Of a stretch of 64,000 nt of DNA, positions 1 through 9,873 are shown piece by piece. Below the pieces are notes generated by a model. The model saw only the letters and a list, made by a program, of their open reading frames with translations, was not told the origin of the DNA and made no database searches. Numbering within the stretch: position 1 is the stretch's first letter; each line of letters starts with the position of its first letter. A program made the position numbers and the translations under genes. Source of the stretch: a virus (lineage: Duplodnaviria > Heunggongvirae > Uroviricota > Caudoviricetes); IMG/VR virus record IMGVR_UViG_3300046522_000750. The stretch is one strand, 5' to 3'.

Positions 1-518
1 ACGCCATCGAGCAACATGCGCTTGAAACTCTCTTTTTTGATCTGACTTTTGTGGAAATACGACAAGTAGCTACATGATTGGCTGACCGCTGCATCGATCA
101 TCGCCTCAGTCCACTCGATTTTTGCATTACCCCTGCCTGGCTCAAAGTGCATCATCGATGCACCACTGACTTCCAGCGCCTTCAAGAAAAACGCCTCGCT
201 GTAGACTGAAGGATCAACATACGCCATAAATGTACTGCTCTGCCCAAGAGCAAGTAGCGCCAGCTCTTCGTAATTTGGTGTGTCAGAAACCAGGATCGAC
301 TTCAGTGGGATATCCTGACAATTCTCATGGTAGAAAGTGATTGCGTGCCGGCGAATGTCATCATCGAGCAGATGCTTTGGAACTTGGCTTAGTTCACCAA
401 AAGGGCCACTGAGCCACTCCTTGATCAGATCTTTATCCAAGTGTTCCTTGGGGAGATTTTTGAAGCTGTATTCTACCTCCCATCCCCGAATGTCCCTGAT
501 TAATTCCTCACGCGTCAT
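1..518 (-). CDS. Family A paralogue (DUF4116-like repeat protein), 3'-truncated by the window edge
   Basis: ATG at 518, 2 nt after the stop of 521..1393. My translation MTREELIRDIRG...EHLDKDLIKEWL...YEELALLALGQ...YSEAFFLKALEV...IEWTEAMIDAAVS aligns with the neighbouring paralogues. Absent from the ORF track because the stop lies outside the window. Confidence 0.85.
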   Translation of the reverse strand, partial: MTREELIRDIRGWEVEYSFKNLPKEHLDKDLIKEWLSGPFGELSQVPKHLLDDDIRRHAITFYHENCQDIPLKSILVSDTPNYEELALLALGQSSTFMAYVDPSVYSEAFFLKALEVSGASMMHFEPGRGNAKIEWTEAMIDAAVSQSCSYLSYFHKSQIKKESFKRMLLDG

Positions 519-520
519 GT

Positions 521-1393
521 TCAAAGCCCCAACCCCTGTTCCAGTAATTTTCCCCGGACTTTGGCGTGGCCTTTGAGTAACCCTGTGCGCAAGTGGGGCA
601 TCAATTCTTCAGCACTGTAGATCTCAAGCATCAAGCCCTGCAGCTTGGATGATTTCATCAGCGGCAGCACATCTTCCATCGGATAGTGCCGGACGAAGGC
701 ATAATAAACAGTGAGCGCTTCCGCTGTTTCATTGGGGTTCAGTAGAAAATTCAGCGAATCGCTCAGTGAGGACGGTTTTTTCAGCCATTTTGGCCAATAT
801 CCATTTCCCATCATATCGCTCATGACGTCGAGCAACCCGGCCTTCGCAATCTGAAGAGAGTTGTATTGACCCTCACTGATCAGGAGCTCAAGGGACTCTT
901 TTTTGACCTGACTCCTGTCGAAGTGAGGTAGGTAATCCAGCGATTGGCTGACAGCAGAATGAATCATGGCCTCAGTCCACATGATCTCAACTCTATTCTC
1001 TGTCCACTCTGAGAAAAAATGCATCATCGCTTGCGGATTGACTTTCAGGGCCTTCAAGAAAAAAGCCTCGCTGTACAACGCATGATCAACAAATTCCATG
1101 TTCCATTCTGTCTGATCAAGCGCCAGCAGCGCCAACTCCTCATAACATTGGGTGTCATCCATAGAGATCGATTTGAGCGCATAGTCATCGATATCTATAT
1201 CTTCATTGGGTTTAGTGATGGCATGCCGGCGAATGTCATCATCCACCAAATGCTTTGGAACCTTTGCCAATGCCCCGTCAGTGCCACTTAGCCAGGCTCT
1301 GATCAGATTCTTGTCCAGGTGCTCAGCAGGCAGTTCTTCGAAGCGGTAGGCATAACCGCCCTCAATATTCTTGATCAGTTGATTGCGCGTCAT
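521..1393 (-). CDS. Family A paralogue, DUF4116-like helical repeats, C-terminus KLLEQGLGL
   Basis: 290 aa ORF with the shared motifs YEELALLAL..., SEAFFLKAL.VN and WTEAMI.SAVS; start overlaps the upstream stop (ATGA). Confidence 0.85.
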   Translation of the reverse strand: MTRNQLIKNIEGGYAYRFEELPAEHLDKNLIRAWLSGTDGALAKVPKHLVDDDIRRHAITKPNEDIDIDDYALKSISMDDTQCYEELALLALDQTEWNMEFVDHALYSEAFFLKALKVNPQAMMHFFSEWTENRVEIMWTEAMIHSAVSQSLDYLPHFDRSQVKKESLELLISEGQYNSLQIAKAGLLDVMSDMMGNGYWPKWLKKPSSLSDSLNFLLNPNETAEALTVYYAFVRHYPMEDVLPLMKSSKLQGLMLEIYSAEELMPHLRTGLLKGHAKVRGKLLEQGLGL

Positions 1394-2262
1394 AGACCTA
1401 GACCATCCTCAAGCAGCGTTCCCTTGACCCTACCCGCCCCCTTTATCAGACCAGTACGCAGGTGCGGCATCAGTTCTCTTGTCGAGTACACCCGCAGCAT
1501 CAACGATTGAAGATCAGGCGATGCCATCAACGGCAACACGGCTTCCACCCGATGGGATCGTATGAAGGCCCTGTAATAAACCTCCATGTTTTCCGCCGAT
1601 GGGTGATTATTCTGCAAAAGATCAATGGCTTCTTGAAGGAATGATGGCTTATCCGTCGCCTGCGGCCAATAGCCGCCGCGCATCAAGTGACTCATGAGGT
1701 CGAGCAGACCTGCCTCCTCAAGCTCTGTGGCGCTGTTTTGGCCATCAGTGATCAGCCGCTCAACGCATTGCTGCTTGATCCGCTCTTTGGGAAGGTATTC
1801 CAAATAGCGAAAATCCTTGCTGGTAGCGGAATCGACCATGGCCTCAGTCCACTCGATTCGAGCTTTGTTTGAATCGCCCGTCAGAAACGTCAACAACGCC
1901 ACTGGATTCACTTCCAACGCCTTCAAGAAGAACGCTTCGCTATACAGCGACGGATCAACGTGCGTCATGTTCATCTGACATTGTGCGAGAGCAATGAGCA
2001 CCAGCTCTTCATAGCAATGCGTGTCTTCTTTTTTAATGCTCGCGAGCGGGTACTCCCTCACCATCAGATGAAAAGGACTGCGCCCTACTGCGATCCTTCG
2101 AAGATCATCGTCAATAAAGTGGGCAGGGATCTCCTTGAAGTTTCCACAAAGGCTTTTCAGCCAGGCGCTGAGCGTTTCTTTGTCCAGAAGCTCCTGTGGC
2201 AGATCAACAAAACGGTATGCTCTTCCCTGATTGATCTCCTGGAGCAATTCATTACGCGTCAT
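1390..2262 (-). CDS. Family A paralogue, C-terminus TLLEDGLGL
   Basis: 290 aa, collinear similarity to adjacent ORFs over the full length. Confidence 0.85.
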   Translation of the reverse strand: MTRNELLQEINQGRAYRFVDLPQELLDKETLSAWLKSLCGNFKEIPAHFIDDDLRRIAVGRSPFHLMVREYPLASIKKEDTHCYEELVLIALAQCQMNMTHVDPSLYSEAFFLKALEVNPVALLTFLTGDSNKARIEWTEAMVDSATSKDFRYLEYLPKERIKQQCVERLITDGQNSATELEEAGLLDLMSHLMRGGYWPQATDKPSFLQEAIDLLQNNHPSAENMEVYYRAFIRSHRVEAVLPLMASPDLQSLMLRVYSTRELMPHLRTGLIKGAGRVKGTLLEDGLGL

Positions 2263-2265
2263 TGT

Positions 2266-3162
2266 TCAGAGCCCCAATTCATTTTCAAGAAGTTTACCCC
2301 TGACCTTGGCCGCGCCTTTTAGCAGCCCCGTACGCAGGTGAGGCATGAGTTCGTCGGTGCGGTAGATCTCCATCACCAAGGCCTGCATGTCCGGTGATTT
2401 CATGATCGGTAACACCTCTTCCATCGGATGAAAACGGACAAACGCCTTGTAATAGATCTTCAGGTTTTCAGCCGACTGAGGAATGTCCAGCATGAAATAC
2501 AAGGCCTCCTTCAATGAGGATGGCTTCATCATCTGTGGCCAGTAACCGCCTTGCATAAGGTCGCTCATGAGGTCGAGCAAACCAGCATCTTCAAGCTCTC
2601 TCGCGGTATGCTCACCCTCAACAATCAGACGCTCAAGACACTCCCGCTTAATCTGTTCTTTCGGAAAGAATCGCAGGTAATTCGCTTCCTTGCTGACCGC
2701 CGAATCGATCATGGCCTCAGTCCATTCAATCGGGGCCTTTGGCAATCCCGTGAGGAAAGTGATCATGGCCATCCTATTCGCCTCCAGTGCTTTCAGGAAA
2801 AAATCCTCCCCGTACAGCGCAGGATCAACGTGTTTCATGTTCATATCACACTGCTTTAGCGCGATGAGCGCCAGCTCCTCATAACAGTCAGTGTCTTCTT
2901 TTTTGATGGCTGCGAGCGGGTAATCCCTGACCAACTGGTGGTCATGACTGCGGCCAACAGCGATCCTCCGGTGCGTATCGTCAACGTACTGGCGGGGGAT
3001 ACTGCTGAGCTCACCACAATGCTCAAGCCAGGTTGCAATGACCTCGCTATCCAGGTAACCGGATGGGATCTCGCTGAATTTATAGGCAGCGTCTCCTCTT
3101 AGCGCCTCCAGCACTTCATCGCGGGTCATTTCAGCGCAGAGGCTGTGTGCGTAATCGCTCAT
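2266..3162 (-). CDS. Family A paralogue, C-terminus KLLENELGL
   Basis: 298 aa; alternative start at 3129 (MTRDEVL) matches the paralogue N-termini. Confidence 0.85.
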   Translation of the reverse strand: MSDYAHSLCAEMTRDEVLEALRGDAAYKFSEIPSGYLDSEVIATWLEHCGELSSIPRQYVDDTHRRIAVGRSHDHQLVRDYPLAAIKKEDTDCYEELALIALKQCDMNMKHVDPALYGEDFFLKALEANRMAMITFLTGLPKAPIEWTEAMIDSAVSKEANYLRFFPKEQIKRECLERLIVEGEHTARELEDAGLLDLMSDLMQGGYWPQMMKPSSLKEALYFMLDIPQSAENLKIYYKAFVRFHPMEEVLPIMKSPDMQALVMEIYRTDELMPHLRTGLLKGAAKVRGKLLENELGL

Positions 3163-4046
3163 AGGCCAAGCTCGCTTTCCAGTAACCGCCCCTTTAGCGC
3201 CTTGTTTTCGCTCAGAGGGCCGCTCTTGAAAAAAGGGGTCAGATCCTTCCTTGAATACATCTGCAAAATCTCATCCTGAAGCGTAGGCCCGGCGAAGAAG
3301 GCAATCACATCTCGTATCGGGTAGTTCATGGCAAAGGCACGGTAAACCAGCTTTTCTTGGTTTTCCTTACTCACCAGCAGTTTGACGGCGCAGTCTGATA
3401 GGTTTGATGGCTTTTCAGGCAGATGGTCGCCCCACCAGCCAGTTTTGATTACCTCGACCAGCGCATCAACCTGATCAATATCCACCAGGTGCTGGTAATC
3501 GAAGTCGCAATGTTTGATGCACTCCACCACCGCTTGCCGGCTGTACTGATTCTTTTTGAATTTGCCAAAGTAGCTGGCACTGCATGAAACGGCCACGTCG
3601 ATCAGATCCTGACTGAGCTCAATGTCCATTCCATCGAGGTTCGCATCCTCATCCAACAAGGGCAGCAGGGCATCGCCGTTGATCTTGAGGGCTTTTTTCA
3701 TAAAATCATTATTGAGAAAAGCATTATCAACCACCCATATGTTGAGGGCGCGGGTCTTAATAGCCAACAGTGCAGTTTCTTCGTAGCGCTCAGTGTGGGA
3801 AGGTTTGATCGTCACCATTGAATACGCAGTCAGGCCGTCAGACCCATCGTTACGAAAGGCGCGGACGGCCTCCATTCTAATCTCGTCGGTAACCAAGTTC
3901 AGCGGCACTTCTTTCAAGCTTCCAAAGCCACTGGCCACCCAATGGAACACCATCTCAGTGTCCTGGTGCTTCTTCGGAATACTTCCGAAAATATTGACCT
4001 TCCCTTCATGAATTCGCTGGATCCATTGATCTCTCGTCATGGTCAT
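3159..4046 (-). CDS. Family A paralogue (divergent), C-terminus RLLESELGL
   Basis: 295 aa; MTR...D.E....W, YEE.ALLA, W...P.KPS.L motifs retained. Confidence 0.8.
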   Translation of the reverse strand: MTMTRDQWIQRIHEGKVNIFGSIPKKHQDTEMVFHWVASGFGSLKEVPLNLVTDEIRMEAVRAFRNDGSDGLTAYSMVTIKPSHTERYEETALLAIKTRALNIWVVDNAFLNNDFMKKALKINGDALLPLLDEDANLDGMDIELSQDLIDVAVSCSASYFGKFKKNQYSRQAVVECIKHCDFDYQHLVDIDQVDALVEVIKTGWWGDHLPEKPSNLSDCAVKLLVSKENQEKLVYRAFAMNYPIRDVIAFFAGPTLQDEILQMYSRKDLTPFFKSGPLSENKALKGRLLESELGL

Positions 4047-4924
4047 AGCCCCAATCCTTCTTCCAGCAATTTGCCCCTGATTTTGCCGGCGCCCTTGAGC
4101 ATCCCAGTGCGAATGTGAGGGATCAATTTATCGCTCGTGTAAACCTTGGTAATCAACGATTGATGACTGGCTGAAATCATCAACGGCAACACCGTTTCCA
4201 TCGGGTACTGCCTGATGAATGCCTTGCAGCAAACCGCCAGGTTTTCCATCGACGAATAATCAGCCTCTTCAAACAGATCAAAGCACTCATCGAGTGATGC
4301 CGGCTTATCAATCAGCTGAGGCCAGTAGTCGGTATCGCGCATCAGCTCACTCATCAGGCCGAGTAGTCCTGCCTCCGCCAGCTCTGTGGCGACGATTTCT
4401 CCCCCCGTTACCAGGCGGACAAGCGACTCTTTTTTGATTTGATCTGGCTTGAAGAACTGGATGTACTCTGGATTCTTGCTGACGGCTGCATCAATCATGG
4501 CTTCAGACCAGTCAATTGAAGCGACCGGATAGAGATAGTCACCGCCAAAACACAACAGAGAGCCTGCGTTGATCTCGAGAGCTTTCAGAAAAAAAGCTTC
4601 GTCATACAGGGATGGGTCGACATGAACCATGCTCTTGTGGGATTGCTTCAGCGCCAGGAAAACCAATTCCTCATAGCACTGGGTATCTTCGCGCTGGATC
4701 ATCCTGAGCGGATAATCCCTCGCCGGACGGTCGCTAAGATAAAGGCTCACGGCGAATCTGCGCAGGTCGTCATTCACGAATTTCTTAGGGATCGCGTTGA
4801 AGAACCCGCCCTTTTGCAGCCACACCGAAAGTACTTCGGTGTCCAAGTGCTGTTGCGGCAAGTCCAGGAAGTTGAAACGGGTGTGCCCGCTTCTCAAGTT
4901 TCTGAGTAATTCGTTACGCTTCAT
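4043..4924 (-). CDS. Family A paralogue, C-terminus KLLEEGLGL
   Basis: In-frame ATG at 4924 (MKRNELL) matches the paralogue N-termini; the track ORF extends to 4993 into the upstream gene. Confidence 0.85.
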   Translation of the reverse strand: MKRNELLRNLRSGHTRFNFLDLPQQHLDTEVLSVWLQKGGFFNAIPKKFVNDDLRRFAVSLYLSDRPARDYPLRMIQREDTQCYEELVFLALKQSHKSMVHVDPSLYDEAFFLKALEINAGSLLCFGGDYLYPVASIDWSEAMIDAAVSKNPEYIQFFKPDQIKKESLVRLVTGGEIVATELAEAGLLGLMSELMRDTDYWPQLIDKPASLDECFDLFEEADYSSMENLAVCCKAFIRQYPMETVLPLMISASHQSLITKVYTSDKLIPHIRTGMLKGAGKIRGKLLEEGLGL

Positions 4925-4925
4925 C

Positions 4926-5843
4926 TTAAAGCCCCATCTCGGTTTCAAGCAGGCGCCCTTTGAGCTGCTTGTGCTCGTTGAGCAACCCATCACTCATGTG
5001 GGCCACCAACTCCTCATGGGAGTACAGCTCTAACATCAAGCCCTCTCGTCCAGGCTGGCTCAGCAAAGGCAGTACCTGCGCAGCCGGGAAAGAGCACGCA
5101 TAGGCTTTGAACAGGATGGTCTGCTCATTAAGGATCGGCACGTACAGGATAGTGGACAGCGTATCCAGACACTCGGTCAGGGAAGCCGGCTTGGTCACGC
5201 TGGTAGACCACCACAGGCCCTTTTTCACCATCTCCGACATCACCGGCAGCAACCCAATATTGGCCAGCTGACTCAGGGTCGCGCCGGAGGTTTGAATCAT
5301 CGTCTCGACACATTCCATTTTGATCTTCGAGCTGTCCAGCGTCATCAAGTAAGCCACATCCTTGGAAACCGCCGAGTCGATCATCGCTTGCGTCCATTCG
5401 ATTTTACCGCGCTGGCGTTTGATGCCGTCCACAAACTGAACCAACGCCTTGGAGTTGGCCTCAAGCGCCTTGAGAAAAAATGCTTCGCTATGCAGGGACG
5501 GATCAACATTCACCATGTTGTAGCCCGAGGTCTTGATCGCCAACAGCGCAATCTCCTCATAATTCTCGGTGTCCGCCTTTTTGATATGGGCCAGTGGAAA
5601 TATATCACTCGTTTTTCCGGATACTGGAAGGCTTACAGCGAATCGACGCAGGTCATCATCCAGAAAATGCTTGGGAACGTAATGCAGCGAAGCCCAGGGG
5701 CACTGCAGCCACAACTGGATAACCTCGTTATCAATGTGTTCTGCCGGCATCTCTGAAAAGCTGATCTCTTCAACTAAAAACTCGTGACGCTGGAGTTCTT
5801 CTAGGCAATCTTTCAGCTTTTTGATTAATTGATCACGTGTCAT
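4926..5843 (-). CDS. Family A paralogue, C-terminus RLLETEMGL
   Basis: 305 aa; SEAFFLKALEAN and IEWTQAMIDSAVS motifs. Confidence 0.85.
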   Translation of the reverse strand: MTRDQLIKKLKDCLEELQRHEFLVEEISFSEMPAEHIDNEVIQLWLQCPWASLHYVPKHFLDDDLRRFAVSLPVSGKTSDIFPLAHIKKADTENYEEIALLAIKTSGYNMVNVDPSLHSEAFFLKALEANSKALVQFVDGIKRQRGKIEWTQAMIDSAVSKDVAYLMTLDSSKIKMECVETMIQTSGATLSQLANIGLLPVMSEMVKKGLWWSTSVTKPASLTECLDTLSTILYVPILNEQTILFKAYACSFPAAQVLPLLSQPGREGLMLELYSHEELVAHMSDGLLNEHKQLKGRLLETEMGL

Positions 5844-5845
5844 GA

Positions 5846-7477
5846 TCAGATCCCCATCGCCGTTTCGAGCAGCTCACCACGATCCTTCGCCGGCAGCAGG
5901 CCAATGTGCTTGCGGCTCAGCACGCCCAGCTCAATCATCGGCCTGAGGCCTGGCTTGTAGTCCTTCAGCGCATCGAGAAGGGTCGCTTCATCAAAAGTCT
6001 CCACCAGCAAGAGCAATGCTTCCTTATGCTCCAGGCCTAAATCCCTGAGGTTGGCGAAATCGCTACCGATGGGCATGATTTTGGTCAGCTGTGCACTGGT
6101 GTAATTGCCTCTTGGCTGATGCAACTCGGCACACAAGCGCACGGCCATGAATTTGAATTGATAGTCCTGATCCACGGTATCGGGTTTCTTCAGCTTTTTG
6201 CCGGAGATCTCATCAAGTGCCATGGATTTATAGAGGCTGATCACGTTCCCGCGAAGTTGAGCCTCAATCCTGTCACGACCAGCCTGAATAACCTCTGGCA
6301 GCTTGGCGTACTCGGCAATCAGTCTCAGGCTCTCGGTAAAGGTCTTCAGCACGTCCGAGGAAACACTCTTTGAGCCACCCGGCGTTTTGACCATCTCCAC
6401 CGCCAGCCCCTTTTCCATGATTGCCTGAGAGAGGAAGGCGTGGGTGACCGAGACAAAGCTTGGCTTATAGAGGGATTCGGTGCGCTCAAACACGCTGTTG
6501 AAAAAAGGATTGGAGAGCAGACGCTGATTAAACAAATCATGCAGATTGAGGAAATTTTGATCCTTCAGAATGTCGGCATTGCCTGCATAAAGCCACTTGC
6601 TCGTCAGGTATTGAGCCATGCCACCCGAAGAGATGAATCGACTGATCTCTGGCGCCTGCATGTTCATCAGGGTCAAAAGTGTATTGATTGGCCTGGCCTG
6701 CAGAGCAAAACCCAGGTTGTAGACAAAATCAGATTTCATGCCGGGGAGTTCTTTTCTCACCGCTGCATCGATCTGGCGCCCCATGAACACACTGCGGCCA
6801 AGCGGATCGTCTTTAAGCACCTTTGAGATCGACGAAGAATCATCGAAATTCAACTGACCCATTAGCTCAAGGTGCTCGGCTAGAAGCTCCTTTTTGTCGC
6901 CGACGTTAGATATCTGCGCGCCGACGTGTTTGATGCTGACGTTGCCCAATGCTGGGCTTTCCAGGATATGCGAAGGCGTAAAGCGCATGAGCAGTTTGAG
7001 GTTGGCGCTGTAAGTCTCCAGCTTTTGCTTACCGTCCGCAAAGAAGCTGGCGCCAGAGCGCTTCGTGGCAAACGTATCGTTGTAAACCGCCTCCATCGAG
7101 TCGATGGCAAAGGCTTCGCCATACAGATCTGCCGTCTGTTTTATAATCTCAAACAATGGATTGCTGTCAGAAACATCCCCCGCGCTGGAAAACATCGCGT
7201 CTCTGATCATCACCGCAACATCAACACTGTTCTTGACGTCGGGGCGCTCAAAAACACCCAGCTTAGTCACAAAATAGAGCATTTTCTTGGACATTCGGCG
7301 AAGCGCAATTTCAAGCAGGTAGGAACCTGCCTCATCGGCCAGGTGTTTCGGCAGATCAGCCAGTGCGTCCCGAAGAAAACTGTCGTCATTCATGGCGCCG
7401 ATGAGACGATTGACCGCTTTGGTCATCTCTGGGAACCGTTCCCACTGCTTGAAATTCTCGTACTTGAAAACGCTCAT
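5846..7477 (-). CDS. Family B hypothetical protein (543 aa), C-terminus GELLETAMGI
   Basis: Long ORF, full-length paralogue of 7554..9143 (MS.FKYENF, FAIDSM.AVYN..FA..RSGA, AVRLCAELHQP, LLPAKDRGE.LE.AMG). Confidence 0.85.
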   Translation of the reverse strand: MSVFKYENFKQWERFPEMTKAVNRLIGAMNDDSFLRDALADLPKHLADEAGSYLLEIALRRMSKKMLYFVTKLGVFERPDVKNSVDVAVMIRDAMFSSAGDVSDSNPLFEIIKQTADLYGEAFAIDSMEAVYNDTFATKRSGASFFADGKQKLETYSANLKLLMRFTPSHILESPALGNVSIKHVGAQISNVGDKKELLAEHLELMGQLNFDDSSSISKVLKDDPLGRSVFMGRQIDAAVRKELPGMKSDFVYNLGFALQARPINTLLTLMNMQAPEISRFISSGGMAQYLTSKWLYAGNADILKDQNFLNLHDLFNQRLLSNPFFNSVFERTESLYKPSFVSVTHAFLSQAIMEKGLAVEMVKTPGGSKSVSSDVLKTFTESLRLIAEYAKLPEVIQAGRDRIEAQLRGNVISLYKSMALDEISGKKLKKPDTVDQDYQFKFMAVRLCAELHQPRGNYTSAQLTKIMPIGSDFANLRDLGLEHKEALLLLVETFDEATLLDALKDYKPGLRPMIELGVLSRKHIGLLPAKDRGELLETAMGI

Positions 7478-7503
7478 CGCCTACCCCGTCAGTTCTACTT
7501 TCC

Positions 7504-7533
7504 ACTGTACGGGATGAGCGATGATCGGGAAAA
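7504..7533 (-). promoter_or_regulatory. Shared-regulon promoter TTTTCC-N8-GCTCA-N5-TACAGT upstream of the family B/A block
   Basis: Lies within a 39 bp segment (7502-7540) duplicated at 9167-9205 with 36/39 identity; same GCTCA-N5-(-10) geometry as the family C/D promoters. Confidence 0.6.
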
Positions 7534-7553
7534 GCACCTTGGACACAGGGCCA

Positions 7554-9143
7554 TCAAAGACCCATGGCGCCTTCCAGTATCTCGCCGCGATCCTTCGCCG
7601 GCAGCAGGGTCATGTGCTTTCGATCCAACACGCCCAATTCAATCAGCGGCTTGATGCCGGCCTTGTAGCCCTTCAGGGCATTGAGGATGGTGGCTTCATC
7701 GTAGGTCTCCACCAGCAGCAGCAAGGCTTCCTTATGATTGAAGCCTGAATCGTTCAATCCAAAGAACTGACCAATTGGCCTGATCTTCGACGCCTCTGCA
7801 ATGGTTAAAGGCCTATCCGGCTGATGCAGTTCGGCGCACAAGCGCACCGCAATCAGCTTGAACTGATCCTCTTTATCCACCTGGTCGACCGGCTTCATAT
7901 GCTTGGCAAACGATTCATCGTACGTGGCCATTTTGGCGTAGAGGATGAGCACCTTACGACTCAATTCACTTCGGATGGCTTCCCGGCCCACCTGCACAAT
8001 CTCCGCATGCCGTGGATCGTCACCCAGCAGATTGAGGCTTTCAGCCAGCGACTTCAGACCCTTTTTATCGGACAGATCGATGTACAGATCTTTCGCTTTG
8101 AGCGCTGGGAGCATCATCGCAAAGGAGACAGAGATGTCCGATGGCTTTGACAGGCCATAATTACGATCAAAAACTCTGCCAAGGTAAGGACTGCCCAACA
8201 ATCGATTGTTGAATAGCTCATGCAGATCGAGAAAATTCTGATCTTGCAGAATGCCCGCGTTGTCCTTGGTGATCCATTGGGAGGTCAGGTAATGATAGAT
8301 GCCGTCGCATGAGACAAATCGGCTGAATTCCGATTCCTTCATGGTGACCAGGGTCATCAACGTGTTTGTTGGTCTGATTTTCAGCGCAAAGACAAGGTTG
8401 ACCAGGTAATCGCGGGACATCTCTGGCAGCCCCTTGACCACCCCGGCGTCAATCTGGTGCGGAACGCACTGACCATGGAGCGCCGGGTTTTCGGTAATGA
8501 CATTGGCTATCGCCACGTAATCATCAAAATGCAGCGCTGCGAGCTCTTTGAGGTGATTATCATACGGCTCATCCTTTCTTAAATTCGTCAGCTCAGCGCG
8601 CAGATGCCGAATGCCGATGTTGCCTATGTCCGCGCTCGCCAAAAACCTTGCAGGAGAAAAACGCTTGAACAGCTTCAAATTCGCCGAGTAGCTGTCGAGC
8701 TTTTCCTGGCCGCTGGCAAACGACCTGGCGCCTGAACGAATTCTAGCAAACTCATTGTTGTATACCGCCGACATGGAGTCGATAGCAAAGCCCTCTCCAT
8801 AGTGATCCGCTGCCTTACGAACAATTTCAAGGTGCCCGGCAGATGGCTCTTTACTGCTGGTGAACAGGCAATCACGCACGGCCATCGCAATTTCGAGGTT
8901 GTTTTTCACCCCAGGAATGTCAAACACCCCAAGCTCAGTCGCCAGCTTGAGCATGGGGCCCGACTGCCTGGTGATCGAGTAATCGAGCAGGAAAAGCGAA
9001 AGCTCCTGACGCATATCTGCCGGCACCTCGGCCACCAGCTCTCTGAGCTTGCTTTCATTGTCATCGCGCAGGCGCATGCAGGCGATATTGATCTCACTGA
9101 ACTGCTCACATTCCGTGAAGTTTTCGTATTTGAAAATGCTCAT
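7554..9143 (-). CDS. Family B hypothetical protein (~529 aa), C-terminus GEILEGAMGL
   Basis: ATG at 9143 (MSIFKYENF) with a GAGG RBS matches the paralogue start; the track ORF begins at 9260. Confidence 0.85.
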   Translation of the reverse strand: MSIFKYENFTECEQFSEINIACMRLRDDNESKLRELVAEVPADMRQELSLFLLDYSITRQSGPMLKLATELGVFDIPGVKNNLEIAMAVRDCLFTSSKEPSAGHLEIVRKAADHYGEGFAIDSMSAVYNNEFARIRSGARSFASGQEKLDSYSANLKLFKRFSPARFLASADIGNIGIRHLRAELTNLRKDEPYDNHLKELAALHFDDYVAIANVITENPALHGQCVPHQIDAGVVKGLPEMSRDYLVNLVFALKIRPTNTLMTLVTMKESEFSRFVSCDGIYHYLTSQWITKDNAGILQDQNFLDLHELFNNRLLGSPYLGRVFDRNYGLSKPSDISVSFAMMLPALKAKDLYIDLSDKKGLKSLAESLNLLGDDPRHAEIVQVGREAIRSELSRKVLILYAKMATYDESFAKHMKPVDQVDKEDQFKLIAVRLCAELHQPDRPLTIAEASKIRPIGQFFGLNDSGFNHKEALLLLVETYDEATILNALKGYKAGIKPLIELGVLDRKHMTLLPAKDRGEILEGAMGL

Positions 9144-9168
9144 CGCCCACCCCTCTTGGTCATACCCC

Positions 9169-9198
9169 ACTGTACGGGATGAGAGAAGATCTGGAAAA
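9169..9198 (-). promoter_or_regulatory. Shared-regulon promoter TTTTCC-N8-TCTCA-N5-TACAGT upstream of 7554..9143
   Basis: Second copy of the 39 bp upstream element. Confidence 0.55.
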
Positions 9199-9410
9199 GC
9201 ACCTTGTTGGTTTGGCTTCAAAAAACAAGCGTTCTGCCTGCCATATGGGCCTGACTTCAATGAGTGTCGCCTATATAGTCGATATAACGCCTCAAAAGGC
9301 TTGTCATAACGTCAATTTCACCGATCATTAATAATGTTCAATTGCCGTGACATAACCAAATTGTTATAAAGACCGCAGGAATATGGTTATCAATCGGAAG
9401 GATCAAATAG

Positions 9411-9722
9411 ATGACACACGCGACCCAAGGGCTTATTACTCTGCTCGGCACCATCGAGAAACGAATCGAGCAGAATACGACCATCCCTCTCCAAACGATC
9501 TGCCTGGTGGCAGGGGACATCACTCAATGGAGTCACTCCGTCGACCTCAGTGAGCTGAACACTAAAGCTTGCGGCGTTTTCGGGCAGATAATGAACGTGG
9601 TGAAAGAAGGCATGGCCGGCACAACGCTAGACGCTCAGCGTGCGTTGACCACGATCAAGGCCTCACTGAACATCTTCAACCGAGCCCTGAGCAAAAGCCT
9701 CAAGGCCGAACAGGCCGCGTGA
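9411..9722 (+). CDS. Hypothetical protein, 103 aa
   Basis: ORF with AAGGA RBS, divergent from family B. Confidence 0.65.
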   Translation: MTHATQGLITLLGTIEKRIEQNTTIPLQTICLVAGDITQWSHSVDLSELNTKACGVFGQIMNVVKEGMAGTTLDAQRALTTIKASLNIFNRALSKSLKAEQAA

Positions 9723-9873
9723 GAAGCAAATCGCCTGGCCTGGCTGAGTCCTGCATTAAGCGGTAAACATTTATCGCTTAATTGCCATGTCAAGAATTGA
9801 TTTTCTTGCGAATTGACGCAATTATGGAGCCTCTAATTAAAATTGCCGGTCAAGGCCGGCTGATGAGGACTCC

